A stretch of DNA of 64,000 nucleotides from Myxococcota bacterium (GCA_965250285.1 OZ252299.1:4128001-4192000), one strand, 5' to 3'. Positions 18,031 to 28,302 are shown, numbered from the stretch's first letter. Numbers and translations are program-made. Notes: a model not told the origin generated them from the letters alone.

Positions 18031-18858
18031 ATGATGGAATGCCTCGTGACCCCCTCGCCGAACGACACACGACCGACGATCCCCGCGCGGGCCGACTACG
18101 GTGGCGGTTGCTATCGGCGCGCGATCGCCCTCGAGGCGGCCCCGGGCGAGGTCCGCGGAGAGCTCGCCGACGACTTCCACCACTTCGCGGTGCGGATCAC
18201 GCACGGCGAGGGCTTGGTGCGATCGGTGGGCGGCGAACCGATCCGTGTGCCGTGGACGACCTGCCCGAGTGCGCTCGTCCCGCTGCGGCGACTCGAAGGC
18301 GCGGCCATCTCGCTGCCCCTGCGCGAGCTGACGCGCCTCACCCCCGCCCGCGAACAGTGCACGCACTGGTACGACCTCGCCTGTCTGGCGATCGCCCATG
18401 CCGCTCGCGTGGAGCGCGGCGGTGAAGAGACACGGCGCTACGACGTCGAGATGCCCGACCGCGTCGATCGCATCACCACCTGCGCACTATCATGCGACGA
18501 CACGCCGCAGCTGCGGTGGCGCATCGAAGGGATGCGCATCAGCGACGCCGACGGCCCCACGTTTCTCGGCACGACGATCGGCCGGCGCGACTTCCGATCG
18601 CGCCTCGATACTCTGACCGATCCCGATGCCTTCGAGGCCGCCTGGATCCTGCAGCGCGCCTGCTTCATCGGGCTCGGTCGCCAGCACGACTTCGAGGCGA
18701 TGCAGACAGCCGAGGCGTTCGGTGCGATGGTGGGCGGCTCGTGCCATACCTACTCTCCCCAGCACATGGCGGCGGGGCTCCGCAACACCGGAACCGTGCG
18801 CGACTTCTCGGCCCTTTCGCGAGCGCCGCTGCGCGCGGACGAGACCGTCGAGCCCTAG
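18031..18858 (+). CDS. DUF2889-like protein
   Basis: DDFHHF, RVPWTTCP, QCTHWYDLA, GSCHTYSP Cys/His pattern resembling DUF2889 proteins; start may be GTG at 18046. Confidence 0.65.
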   Translation: MMECLVTPSPNDTRPTIPARADYGGGCYRRAIALEAAPGEVRGELADDFHHFAVRITHGEGLVRSVGGEPIRVPWTTCPSALVPLRRLEGAAISLPLRELTRLTPAREQCTHWYDLACLAIAHAARVERGGEETRRYDVEMPDRVDRITTCALSCDDTPQLRWRIEGMRISDADGPTFLGTTIGRRDFRSRLDTLTDPDAFEAAWILQRACFIGLGRQHDFEAMQTAEAFGAMVGGSCHTYSPQHMAAGLRNTGTVRDFSALSRAPLRADETVEP

Positions 18859-18886
18859 GGAGCCTCTGCACGGTCCGCGGTGGCAG

Positions 18887-19123
18887 GGCCGGGGCAGGCG
18901 GGGGCACCGTGCTCAGACATTCTCGGCGCGACCTGCCTGGGAAGCTCGCATGTTGCGCCTGTCGCGCCTGCGAACTGCGCGCAGTACCCCCGCCTGCGGT
19001 AGCAGGGCCGGGGCAGGCGGGGGCACCGTGCTCAGACATTCTCGGCGCGACCGACCGGGGAAGCTCGTTTGCTGCGCACGTCGCGCCTGCGAACTGCGCG
19101 CGGTACCCCCGCCTGCCCCGGCC
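18887..19123. repeat. Two tandem copies (119-bp period) of a nested-hairpin REP/MITE-like element
   Basis: Units at 18887 and 19006; outer inverted repeat ggccggggcaggcgggggcacc...ggtacccccgcctgccccggcc, inner stem ggcgcgac...gtcgcgcc; intergenic between convergent genes. Confidence 0.9.
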
Positions 19124-19349
19124 TCGCGACGCTTCGGTCAGAGCGCAGCACGCTCGGTCAGGAAGCGCTCGCGGCGCGGCGTTTCGTGCCGCAGGCCGAG
19201 GCGCCCCAGTAGGAGCATTTGCGTCCGAAGTCATCGCGCGCGCTGTGGGCGGATCCGATCGGGGGCGGCCAGCCGGTCGAGCTGCCGCCATCGATGTCGA
19301 GCGGGTCGGGATCGTCGGCGACCCGCTCGAGGTGCGCTGAACCTCTGCA

Positions 19350-20471
19350 CTACTCCTCGATGAAGGCGTCGAGTCGCTCCATCGTGTCGGCGTACTCGAC
19401 CGCGAACTCTTCCATCACGCTGCGTACGCTCTTCACGTGGTTCATCGAGCCGACGACCTGGCCAACGAAGTAGTTCGCGAGCTGGCGAGCGCCGTCATTG
19501 TTGTGCGCGGTGCGATTGATGCGCGCCTGGTATTCGCGGGTGAGCCGCGGCTGCAGCGGCATCGGCAGCGGGTCGGGGTTCGACTCGTCCTCCCAGGCGT
19601 CGGTCCACGCGCTGCGCAGCTGGCGCGCCGGCTTGCCGGTCAGCGACCGGCTGCGCACAGTGTCGCCCGGGCCGGCCTCGAGGAACTTCTCCTTGACCAC
19701 GGGGTGGGTCTCGGCCTCTTCGGTCGTCAGCCAGACCGAGCCGCACCACACGCCCTGGGCGCCGAGCGCGAGTGAAGCGGTCAGCTGGCGTCCGTTCCCG
19801 ATGCCGCCCGCGGCGAGCACCGGTACGCGATCGCCGACCGCATCGACCACCTCGGGCACGAGCACCATCGTCGAGATCGTGCCGGTGTGGCCGCCCGCCT
19901 CGTAGCCCTGGGCCACCACGATGTCGGCGCCGGCCTCGACGTGGCGCTGCGCGTGCTCGACCGTGCCCGCGAGGGCCGCCACCTTGACCCCCTTCTCGCG
20001 ACCGGTCTCGATCATCCAGGCCGGCGGTGGGCCGAGGGCCGAAGCGATCAGGCTGATCGGGTGATCGAAGAGCATCTCGACCACTTCGCGCTGACTGTCG
20101 GCGCCCACGGCAAACTGCTCGCCGACGGAGGCCCCGTCGGGCAGCTGCGGCACGCCGTGCTGCTCGAGCAGGTCGTCGAGGAACTTTCGATGCGCTTCGG
20201 GGATCCGCTCGTCGAGCTGACCGCCGTCGAACCCACCTCGGTCGCTGCCGGCGAACTTGGTCGGCAACAGCAGGTCGACGCCATAGGGCCGATCACCGAC
20301 GCGCTCTTCGATCCAGCGAAGCTCGGCCTCGAGGCCGTCGGTCGAGTGCGCGGCGACGCCAAAGACGCCCATGCCCCCGGCTTTGCACACCTCGACGACG
20401 ACGTCGCGGCAATGGGTGAAGGCGAAGATCGGAAACTCGAGGCCGAGCTCCTCGGCCAGCGGCGTACGCAT
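19350..20471 (-). CDS. Nitronate monooxygenase family flavoprotein
   Basis: PIFAFTHCRDVV, VAQGYEAGGH, LAAGGIGNGR, GVWCGSVWL. Confidence 0.92.
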   Translation of the reverse strand: MRTPLAEELGLEFPIFAFTHCRDVVVEVCKAGGMGVFGVAAHSTDGLEAELRWIEERVGDRPYGVDLLLPTKFAGSDRGGFDGGQLDERIPEAHRKFLDDLLEQHGVPQLPDGASVGEQFAVGADSQREVVEMLFDHPISLIASALGPPPAWMIETGREKGVKVAALAGTVEHAQRHVEAGADIVVAQGYEAGGHTGTISTMVLVPEVVDAVGDRVPVLAAGGIGNGRQLTASLALGAQGVWCGSVWLTTEEAETHPVVKEKFLEAGPGDTVRSRSLTGKPARQLRSAWTDAWEDESNPDPLPMPLQPRLTREYQARINRTAHNNDGARQLANYFVGQVVGSMNHVKSVRSVMEEFAVEYADTMERLDAFIEE

Positions 20472-20498
20472 GGGTGGATCCTCCGGATGAGTCTCGGG

Positions 20499-21587
20499 TC
20501 AGGATGCCTGGGCGAAGCCCTGCAGCTCGGCGGCCTGGGCTCGCAGCTGCTCGGGCCCGCCGAGCAGGTGACGCGCATTGGCGATGCGCTTGAACCAGAA
20601 GTGGAGGTTCTGCTCGTCGGTCCAGCCGATGCCGCCATGCACCTGCGTCGACACGCTCGCGATCTCGCGGCCGACCTCCGAGACGTGCGCGAGCACCTGT
20701 CGCGCCATGAGCGGCGTCTCATCGGGCACCGCGTCGAAGCTGTGCGCCGCGTACCAGAGCAGGGACCGGGCCGGCTCGACCTCGGCGATCATCTCGGCAC
20801 ACATGTGCTTCACCGCCTGGAACGATCCGATCACGCGATCGAACTGCTTGCGCTCCTTCGCGTAGGCCACGGCCTGATCGACCATCGACTCACAGCAGCC
20901 GAGCGCGTCGGCGGCGAGCGCGATGCGGCCGGCCTCGAGCATGCGGCGGATGGCCTCGCCGGCCCCCTCGACGACGGCGCGGGGCTCGGCGCCGTCGAAC
21001 ACGATCTCGGCGGTGTCGCGGGTCGCGTCGACGGTGAGCAGCCGTTCGACCGACACGCCGGCGGCGTTTCGGTCGACGACCGCGAGCGTCTCATCGTCGA
21101 CGGCCACCAGCAGCAGATCGGCCGCCGTCGCATCCAGCGCCATCATCGCCTTGCCCGAGAGTCGTCCCTGCTCGAGCGACAGGCCCGCCTCTTCGCGCAC
21201 CGAGAAGAGCTCGGTGGCGGCGACGCCGAAGACGACGTCGCCCGTCGCGATGCCCGAGAGCCAGGCCTCTGCATCGGCGCCGCCCAGCTCGCGGAGCGCG
21301 GTCACCGCCATGACCGCCGTCGACAGAAACGGCGCTGGGGTGGCCGCGAAGCCGATGACCCCGGCGACGAGCGCCGCGTCGAGCAGCTTGAGCCCTGCCC
21401 CACCCTGCGCTTCGGGCACGAGCACCCCCGTCACGCCGAGCTCGGCGAGGGCCGACCAGATGCCCCGGTCGTTCGGCTGCGCATCGTGGCGCAGCTCGCG
21501 CACACGCTCGATCGGCACCTGCTCGGCGAGGAACCCGCGCAGGGTCTCTTCGAGCATCTTCTGATCGTCGGAGAGTCCGAAATCCAT
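20499..21587 (-). CDS. Acyl-CoA dehydrogenase (short subunit of a probable heteromeric pair)
   Basis: MDFGLSDDQ, ERKQFDRVIGSFQAVKH, QVHGGIGWT. Confidence 0.92.
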   Translation of the reverse strand: MDFGLSDDQKMLEETLRGFLAEQVPIERVRELRHDAQPNDRGIWSALAELGVTGVLVPEAQGGAGLKLLDAALVAGVIGFAATPAPFLSTAVMAVTALRELGGADAEAWLSGIATGDVVFGVAATELFSVREEAGLSLEQGRLSGKAMMALDATAADLLLVAVDDETLAVVDRNAAGVSVERLLTVDATRDTAEIVFDGAEPRAVVEGAGEAIRRMLEAGRIALAADALGCCESMVDQAVAYAKERKQFDRVIGSFQAVKHMCAEMIAEVEPARSLLWYAAHSFDAVPDETPLMARQVLAHVSEVGREIASVSTQVHGGIGWTDEQNLHFWFKRIANARHLLGGPEQLRAQAAELQGFAQAS

Positions 21588-21600
21588 CGTGCGTACCCCC

Positions 21601-22794
21601 TCAGCCCTTGGCCGGCTTCGGCTCGCGCGGCATGCCGAGGCCGCGCTCGCTGATGATGTTCTTCTGGATCTGTGCCGTGCCGCCCCCGATGATCAGACCG
21701 AGCGAGAACATCGAGTGGGCCTGCCACCAACCGCGATCCCGCTCGTACTTGGTGTGGTCGTAGAGCGCACCGAGCTCGCCCATGGCGTCGATGGCGAGCG
21801 CCGCCATGTCGAAGCTCAGCTGACAGTTCTGCAGCTTCACGATCAAGCCTGCGACGCCGGGGCTCTCGTTCTTGAGCGTGCAGGTCAGCATGCGCATCGA
21901 GTGGTACTTCATCGAAAGCGCGCGCGCGTGCAGCTTCATCAGCCGGTCTCGGTACACCGGGCTGGCCATGAGCGACACGCCGTTCACCGTCTCTCGCTCG
22001 AGCAGCCGGGCGAGCTTCATCCACGTGCCCTCGGCGTTGGCGTTCAGCGAGCTGCGTTCGTGCTTGAGCGTGGTGTTGGCGATCTTCCAACCTTCGCCGC
22101 GCTGCCCCACGACGTTGGCTTTCGGGATTCGCACGTCGGTCAGGAACACCTGATTGAACGAGTTCTCACCGATGTCGCCGCTCATCGTGCGCAGGGGCTG
22201 CACTTCGATCCCCGGCGTCGACATGTCCATCAGGCAGTAGCTGATCCCCTCGTGCTTCTTCGCGTCGGGCTCGGTCCGAATCAGGATGAAGCACATCTGC
22301 GAGAGGTCGGCGGTGCTCGTCCAGATCTTCTGGCCATTGACGATGAAGTCGTCGCCATCTTCGACGGCCGACGTCTGCAGGCTCGCGAGGTCACTGCCCG
22401 AGCCGGGCTCGCTGTAGCCCTGACACCAGACCACCTCGCCGCGCAGCGTGGCGCCGATCCAGCGCTGTTTCTGTTCTTCGGTGCCGTGAGCGAGGAGCGT
22501 GGGCACGAGCATCGACGGCCCCTGAGCCATCGTGCCGCGGGCGACGCCGGCCTTGTTGAACTCTTCGTCCATGATCACGGTCTCGAGCACGTCGGGCGCG
22601 GCGCCAAAGCCGCCGTAGGCCTCGGGGATCGTGCGCGCCCAGTAGCCGTGCTCGATCAGGGTCGAGAGCCACTCGATGCGAGCGGCCTTGCCCTTCTCAT
22701 CCATCCCGATGCGACCGGGCGGCTTGTGCTTCTTCAGGAATTCCTGCACCTCGGCGCGGAACGCGTCGTACCGGGCGTCGATCTCGAGATCCAT
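21601..22794 (-). CDS. Acyl-CoA dehydrogenase (long subunit of a probable heteromeric pair)
   Basis: WCQGYSEPGSGSDLASL, NGQKIWTS, FNQVF, IGGGTAQIQKNII. Confidence 0.93.
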   Translation of the reverse strand: MDLEIDARYDAFRAEVQEFLKKHKPPGRIGMDEKGKAARIEWLSTLIEHGYWARTIPEAYGGFGAAPDVLETVIMDEEFNKAGVARGTMAQGPSMLVPTLLAHGTEEQKQRWIGATLRGEVVWCQGYSEPGSGSDLASLQTSAVEDGDDFIVNGQKIWTSTADLSQMCFILIRTEPDAKKHEGISYCLMDMSTPGIEVQPLRTMSGDIGENSFNQVFLTDVRIPKANVVGQRGEGWKIANTTLKHERSSLNANAEGTWMKLARLLERETVNGVSLMASPVYRDRLMKLHARALSMKYHSMRMLTCTLKNESPGVAGLIVKLQNCQLSFDMAALAIDAMGELGALYDHTKYERDRGWWQAHSMFSLGLIIGGGTAQIQKNIISERGLGMPREPKPAKG

Positions 22795-22816
22795 GGGGCT
22801 CCCCTCTCTCGTCGGT

Positions 22817-22876
22817 TCGGCTGCGCTCAGGCCTTCGGACCGGTCATGGGTCGGCTGCGCTCAGGCCTTCGGACCG
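22817..22876. repeat. 26-bp direct repeat (34-bp period) duplicating a gene 3' end
   Basis: tcggctgcgctcaggccttcggaccg at 22817 and 22851; the second copy holds the stop of the 22861..23661 gene. Confidence 0.92.
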
Positions 22877-23661
22877 CGCGTGCCGGGTGCGGGCGGATCG
22901 ACCGCACCGCCCGCAAAGCACTGTGCGATCGCCATCCATGCGGTTGCGACGGGGCCCGTCACTTCGAGCGCCGTATCGGCGACGTTGCGTCCCTGGGTGA
23001 CGACGTGGCAGAAGTCGATGGCCGTGCCCCGTACGCACTCGGTCTCGCTTGGCTCGCCGAACTCCCAGACCGCGCCCGAAGGCGCCTCGAGTCGGACGTA
23101 GGGCGGCGGGCCCGGCGGCTCCTGCTGACGGTTGATGAACGTCCAGCCGAACGTCTTCACGCCGATCGTCGCGATGTGCTTGATGCGGTCGGTGTAGCCG
23201 CGGGTCGCGCCCGCCAGATCGTAGATCTCCTGACCGTGGGCCCAGGTCTCCATCAACCGAGCGGTCGTGAACATCGGCACGCCCATGTCCGGCCCGAACC
23301 AGGGCAGGCGGCGCTTCGGCGCCGACGCCCCCAACGCGTCGGCGAGCTCGAAGGCGGTCTGCTTCCAGGCGGTGAGCAGACCGGGCGCGTCCAGGTCGCC
23401 GAAGCGCTCGCGCGCGAGCTGCTTGTTCTTCTTGCCCTCGACCAGGGCGGCCATCAGGGTGTCACGTTCGCCTGCGAATGCCTCTTCGCCTGCGAGGGAC
23501 GCCATCGATACGACGTCGAAGTAGTGGAGATGGGCGACCACGTCCCAGGGCGTCCACTCCATGAAGCCCGTCTCTTCGGCCCACTGCTCGGGTGTGAGCT
23601 TCTCGAGAAACGTGTGCAGCTCGTCGACTTCGTCCTTGAAATCCTGACTGATCGGAAGCAC
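22861..23661 (-). CDS. TIGR03084-like metal-binding protein (MDMPI/DinB superfamily)
   Basis: WTPWDVVAHL, PWFGPDM, TARLMETWAHGQEI, DFCHVVTQGR, AQCFAG. Confidence 0.85.
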   Translation of the reverse strand: MLPISQDFKDEVDELHTFLEKLTPEQWAEETGFMEWTPWDVVAHLHYFDVVSMASLAGEEAFAGERDTLMAALVEGKKNKQLARERFGDLDAPGLLTAWKQTAFELADALGASAPKRRLPWFGPDMGVPMFTTARLMETWAHGQEIYDLAGATRGYTDRIKHIATIGVKTFGWTFINRQQEPPGPPPYVRLEAPSGAVWEFGEPSETECVRGTAIDFCHVVTQGRNVADTALEVTGPVATAWMAIAQCFAGGAVDPPAPGTRGPKA

Positions 23662-23691
23662 GTGGCTCCTCCTCGTTCGGGTCCGTGCGCG

Positions 23692-24459
23692 CTACTCGCT
23701 CTGTGCCCAGGGCGGCTTCTCTCGCTTGAGGAAAGCCTTCATACCGGCGGCGGCCTCTTCGCCCTTGAAGAGACCGGCCGAGAGCTCAGACGTCCACGCG
23801 AACGCCGCTTCGCGCTCCATGCCCGGGACCGTGTAGACGAGGCGCTTCGCCTCACCGAGCGCAGTCGGCCCGCCCAGCCGAAGGTCGTCGAGCACCTCAC
23901 CGACCGCTGCATCCAGCTGGGCTTCGGGAACCGCGCGGCTGATGAGACCGTACTCGGCGGCCTTCGCGGCCGTGAAGCGGTTGCCCCGCAGAAAGGCCTC
24001 CATCGCCTCGCCGCGCCGCATCTTCGGCAGGCAGACGACCGAGATGATCGCCGGCGCCACCCCGAGGCGAACCTCGGTGAAGCCGAACTTCACGTCGTCC
24101 TGCGCGATCGCGATGTCGAGCGCCGCCGCAAGGCCGTTGCCGCCACCGACCACGTGCCCGCGGATCTTGCCGACCACCGGCGTCGGCGAGCGTTGGATCA
24201 TCATCAACAGCTCGTCGAGGCCGACCTTCGGGCGCTCGCCGGCCTCGGCCCCCGACTGCTGCTTCAGATTCGCGCCCGCACAGAACGTGTTGCCCTCATT
24301 GGTGAGGACGACGGCCCGGATCGCCGGGTCGTCGTTCGCGCGCTCGAGGCCTTCGTAGATGCCGTTGATGACCGGCGCGCCGAGCGCGTTGCGGTTCTCG
24401 ACATCGGCCAGCGTGATCGTGAGGATGCCGTTCTCGACTTCGCTGCGGACCTCGCCCAT
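23692..24459 (-). CDS. Enoyl-CoA hydratase (methylglutaconyl/isohexenylglutaconyl-CoA hydratase-like)
   Basis: FCAGANL, GGGNGL, FGFTEVRLGVAPAIIS; divergent from the carboxylase genes. Confidence 0.9.
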   Translation of the reverse strand: MGEVRSEVENGILTITLADVENRNALGAPVINGIYEGLERANDDPAIRAVVLTNEGNTFCAGANLKQQSGAEAGERPKVGLDELLMMIQRSPTPVVGKIRGHVVGGGNGLAAALDIAIAQDDVKFGFTEVRLGVAPAIISVVCLPKMRRGEAMEAFLRGNRFTAAKAAEYGLISRAVPEAQLDAAVGEVLDDLRLGGPTALGEAKRLVYTVPGMEREAAFAWTSELSAGLFKGEEAAAGMKAFLKREKPPWAQSE

Positions 24460-24691
24460 GCGCGTGGCTCCTTCCTTCTATCTACCTATGCGACCGGCCG
24501 CGTGCCTCTCGCACCGCCGCCGCGACGCTCGCTGGGGACCTCGGTCGCGGACGGATGAAAATATGACTTGCCTACCATTACCGCAAGCGTTACCTCTCAA
24601 TGGGTCGACGCACAGCCTCAGTCGACGGCCGTCAACCGATCCCCCAGGCCCGGCCCAGGCGCGTGCCCGGCGGATCCTCGCCGGGGATGCC

Positions 24692-26371
24692 ATGCCGACC
24701 TCGCCCACGACACCCGCCCTGCTCGCGCCGCCGCTGCGCTCGAATCTCGACGTGCGCAGCCCCGAGTTCGCCGAGAATCGCGACGCGATGCTGAAGCGCC
24801 TCGAAGAGATCGAGGCGCTGCTCGACGAGGCCGAGCTCGGCGGCGGCGCGTATCACCACGAGCGCCTCGCGAAGCGCGGCAAGCTGCCCGTCCGTGAGCG
24901 GATCGCACTGGCCCTCGACCCCGACTCGCCCTTCCTCGAGATCAGCTCGCTCGCCGGGTACAACAGCGACTACGCCGTGGGCGGTGGCGCCGTCATGGGT
25001 ATCGGGATCATCGCCGGCGTCGAGTGCGTCATCTTCGCGAACGACCCCACCGTGCTCGGCGGCGCGCTCACGCCCTACGTCAGCAAGAAGTGGATGCGCG
25101 CGCTCGAGATCGCGCGCGACAACCACATCCCGTACGTCAGCTTCGTCGAGAGCGCCGGCGCCGATCTACGGATGGGCGGCGACGATGACGACGGGGACAA
25201 GAAGAAAAAGAAGAAGAAGGGCGCCAAGGTCAATCACTTCGCCGAGAGCGGCCGCTTCTTCTACGAGATGATCGAGCTCTCGAAGCTCGAGATCCCGACG
25301 ATCTGCGTGGTGTTCGGCTCGTCGACGGCGGGCGGGGCGTACCAGCCCGGCATGAGCGACTACAACGTCGTCATCAAGAAGCAGTCGAAGATCTTCCTGG
25401 CGGGCCCGCCGCTCGTGAAGATGGCCACCGGCGAGGACAGCGACGACGAGAGCCTCGGCGGCGCGCAGATGCACGCCGACACGTCGGGGCTCGGCGAATA
25501 TCTGGCCGAGGACGAGCCCGACGCGCTGCGGCTCTGTCGCGAGATCGTGTCGCATCTCAACTGGCACAAGCCCGGCCCGGCCGCGTCGCTGGCCGCCGAT
25601 CCGCCGGCGCTCGACGAAGAAGAGCTGCTGGGCATCATCGACCCCGACCTGCGTCGACCGGTCGAGATTCGGGACGTGATCGGGCGCATCGTGGACGGCT
25701 CGCGCTTCGAAGAGTTCAAGCCGCGCTACGGGCCGACCATGGTCTGCGGCTTCGCCTCGATTCAGGGCTACCCGGTGGGCGTGCTCGGGAACAACGGCGT
25801 GATCTATCCCGAGGCCGCCGAGAAGGCCGCGCACTTCATCCAGCTCTGCAATCAGATCGACATGCCCCTCGTCTTCTTGCAGAACCTGACCGGCTTCATC
25901 GTCGGCCGGGCCTTCGAAGAGTCGGGCATCATCAAGAAGGGCTCGCAGCTGATCAACGCGGTCACGAACAGCGAGGTGCCCCACATCACGATCATCGTCG
26001 GCGCCAGCTACGGCGCCGGCACCTACGCCATGAGCGGCCGCGCCTACAACAATCGGTTCACGTTCATTTGGCCGAGCGCGAAGATCGCGGTGATGGGCGG
26101 CAAGCAGATCGCGGGCGTCATGTCGATCGTACGGCGCGGCCAAGCCGCCAGGAAGGGCCTCGAGTTCGATGAGGAGGCCGACACGAAGATTCGAGAAGCC
26201 GTCGAGCGCGCCCAGGAGGCCGGCTCGATCGCGCTCGAAGCGAGCGGCGCGATCAGCGACGACGGCATCATCGACCCGCGCGATACGCGCACCGTCCTCG
26301 GGCTCTGTCTCTCGGTCGTGCGCAACAAGCCCGTCGAAGGCACCGACGGCTACGGAGTGTTCCGGCTGTGA
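24692..26371 (+). CDS. Acyl-CoA carboxylase beta (carboxyltransferase) subunit, AtuC/AccD2-like
   Basis: RGKLPVRERI, ANDPTVLGG, VESAGA, STAGGAYQPGMSD, SYGAGTYAMSG, DDGIIDPRDTR. Confidence 0.93.
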   Translation: MPTSPTTPALLAPPLRSNLDVRSPEFAENRDAMLKRLEEIEALLDEAELGGGAYHHERLAKRGKLPVRERIALALDPDSPFLEISSLAGYNSDYAVGGGAVMGIGIIAGVECVIFANDPTVLGGALTPYVSKKWMRALEIARDNHIPYVSFVESAGADLRMGGDDDDGDKKKKKKKGAKVNHFAESGRFFYEMIELSKLEIPTICVVFGSSTAGGAYQPGMSDYNVVIKKQSKIFLAGPPLVKMATGEDSDDESLGGAQMHADTSGLGEYLAEDEPDALRLCREIVSHLNWHKPGPAASLAADPPALDEEELLGIIDPDLRRPVEIRDVIGRIVDGSRFEEFKPRYGPTMVCGFASIQGYPVGVLGNNGVIYPEAAEKAAHFIQLCNQIDMPLVFLQNLTGFIVGRAFEESGIIKKGSQLINAVTNSEVPHITIIVGASYGAGTYAMSGRAYNNRFTFIWPSAKIAVMGGKQIAGVMSIVRRGQAARKGLEFDEEADTKIREAVERAQEAGSIALEASGAISDDGIIDPRDTRTVLGLCLSVVRNKPVEGTDGYGVFRL

Positions 26372-28302
26372 AGCGAATTCAGACCCTCCTCATCGCGAAC
26401 CGGGGCGAGATCGCGCGACGCATCATGGAGAGCGCCCGCGACATGGGCATTCGCTGTGTTGCGGTCTACACCGATGCCGACGCCGATGCGCCTTTCGTCA
26501 CCGAGGCCGACGAAGCCATGCGGCTGGCGACGTCGTACCTCGACGCCGACGCCGTGTTGGCCGCCACCAAGTCGACCGGCGCCGACGCCGTGCACCCCGG
26601 CTACGGCTTCCTGTCGGAGAACGCCGACTTCGCGCGCGCCGTCGAGACCGCGGGCATCGCATGGGTCGGGCCCTCCCCCGAGGCCATCGAGCAGATGGGC
26701 GACAAGATCGCCGCAAAGGCCCTCGCCGAGAAGGCGCAGGTGCCGACCCTGCCGGGCAGCGAAGACCCGGCCGATGCGGCGAGCGTCGGCTACCCCCTGC
26801 TCGTCAAGGCCGCGGCCGGCGGCGGTGGCAAGGGCATGCGTGTCGTCGAGCGAGCCGAGGATCTCGATGAAGCCGTCGTGGCGGCCAAGCGCGAGGCCCT
26901 CGGCGGCTTCGGCGACGACCGCGTGTTCATCGAGCGCTACGTCTCGCGCGCGCGGCATATCGAGATCCAGATCCTGGGCGACGCGCACGGCGAGATCGTG
27001 CATCTCGGTGAGCGAGAGTGCTCGATCCAGCGGCGCCACCAGAAGATCCTCGAAGAGTCGCCCTCGCCGCGCGTCGACGATGACCTGCGCACGACGATGG
27101 GCGAAGCGGCCCTGCGCCTCGCGGCCGAGCTCGGCTACCGCTCGGCGGGGACGGTCGAGTTCCTCGTCGACGACGACACGGGCGAGTTCTTCTTTCTCGA
27201 GGTGAACACGCGCCTTCAGGTCGAGCACCCGGTGACCGAGCTCGTCACGGGCATCGACCTCGTCCGCGAGCAGCTGCGCATCGCCGCCGGCGAGCCGCTC
27301 GAGGTCGAGCAGGACGAGATCTTCGCCGAAGGCGCGGCCATCGAGGCACGCCTGTACGCCGAAGATCCCGCGAACGACTTCCTCCCCGCAACCGGCCGGC
27401 TCGCCGCGTTCGCGCCGGCCGAGCAGCCGGTCGTGCGCTGGGATTCGGGCGTCGAGCAGGGCTCGGTGGTCGGCACCGACTTCGATCCGATGCTCGCCAA
27501 GGTGATCTCGTTCGCGGCGACGCGCGAAGAGGCCGCGCTGCAGCTCGCGCTCGCGCTCGAGCGCACGCACATCGGCGGCGTGACGACGAACCGCGACTTC
27601 CTCGTGAACGTGCTGCGCACCGACGCGTTCCTCGAGGGCGATACCACGACCGACTTCATCGAGCGGGTGAACCCCCCGCGTCACCACCAACCGACCGAAG
27701 CCGAACGCGAGCTGCTCGCTCGGGTGGCCGCGATGTGGATCCAGGGTGAGAACCGGCGCAACGCCCGGGTCTGGCAGGAGGCCCCGTCGGGCTGGCGCAA
27801 TGCCCGCCTGCCCGACCAGAAGCTCGTGCTCCACGTCGGCGACGCATCGGAGACCGTGCTGTATCGCTCGCAACGCGACGGCCGATTTCGCTTCCCCGAC
27901 GGCGCGACCGCCCGGGTGCACGCCTGGCGCGACGACGGCATCGACGTCGAGATCGGTGGGCGACGCATCGACGCACGCGTCACGCGCGACGGCGACGTCA
28001 TCCACATCGGTGGGCCGAACGGCGACGTGAGCTTCCAGATCGAGCCCCGCTTCAAGCTCCCCGGCGCCGACGACGACGCGGGCGGCTTCGTGGCCCGCAT
28101 GCCGGGCAAGGTGATCGAGCTGCGCGTCGGCGTGGGTGACCGCGTCACGACGGGCGACACCGTGCTCGTGCTCGAGGCGATGAAGATGGAGAACCCGGTG
28201 CGCGCTGCCGAAGACGGCGTCGTCACCGAAGTACGGGTCGCCGAAGGCGATCAGGTCGAGGCGGGGACGGTGCTGATCGTCGTCGAGACCGACGCGAGCT
28301 GA
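26368..28302 (+). CDS. Acyl-CoA carboxylase alpha subunit (biotin carboxylase plus BCCP), AtuF/AccA2-like
   Basis: IANRGEIA, HPGYGFLSEN, GGGGKGMR, RECSIQRRHQK, EVNTRLQVEH, EAMKME biotinylation motif. Confidence 0.96.
   Translation: MKRIQTLLIANRGEIARRIMESARDMGIRCVAVYTDADADAPFVTEADEAMRLATSYLDADAVLAATKSTGADAVHPGYGFLSENADFARAVETAGIAWVGPSPEAIEQMGDKIAAKALAEKAQVPTLPGSEDPADAASVGYPLLVKAAAGGGGKGMRVVERAEDLDEAVVAAKREALGGFGDDRVFIERYVSRARHIEIQILGDAHGEIVHLGERECSIQRRHQKILEESPSPRVDDDLRTTMGEAALRLAAELGYRSAGTVEFLVDDDTGEFFFLEVNTRLQVEHPVTELVTGIDLVREQLRIAAGEPLEVEQDEIFAEGAAIEARLYAEDPANDFLPATGRLAAFAPAEQPVVRWDSGVEQGSVVGTDFDPMLAKVISFAATREEAALQLALALERTHIGGVTTNRDFLVNVLRTDAFLEGDTTTDFIERVNPPRHHQPTEAERELLARVAAMWIQGENRRNARVWQEAPSGWRNARLPDQKLVLHVGDASETVLYRSQRDGRFRFPDGATARVHAWRDDGIDVEIGGRRIDARVTRDGDVIHIGGPNGDVSFQIEPRFKLPGADDDAGGFVARMPGKVIELRVGVGDRVTTGDTVLVLEAMKMENPVRAAEDGVVTEVRVAEGDQVEAGTVLIVVETDAS

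Noticed and set aside
24567..24587. cttgc-N11-gcaag as operator of the Atu-like cluster
   Set aside because: Only 5-bp arms; too weak to call
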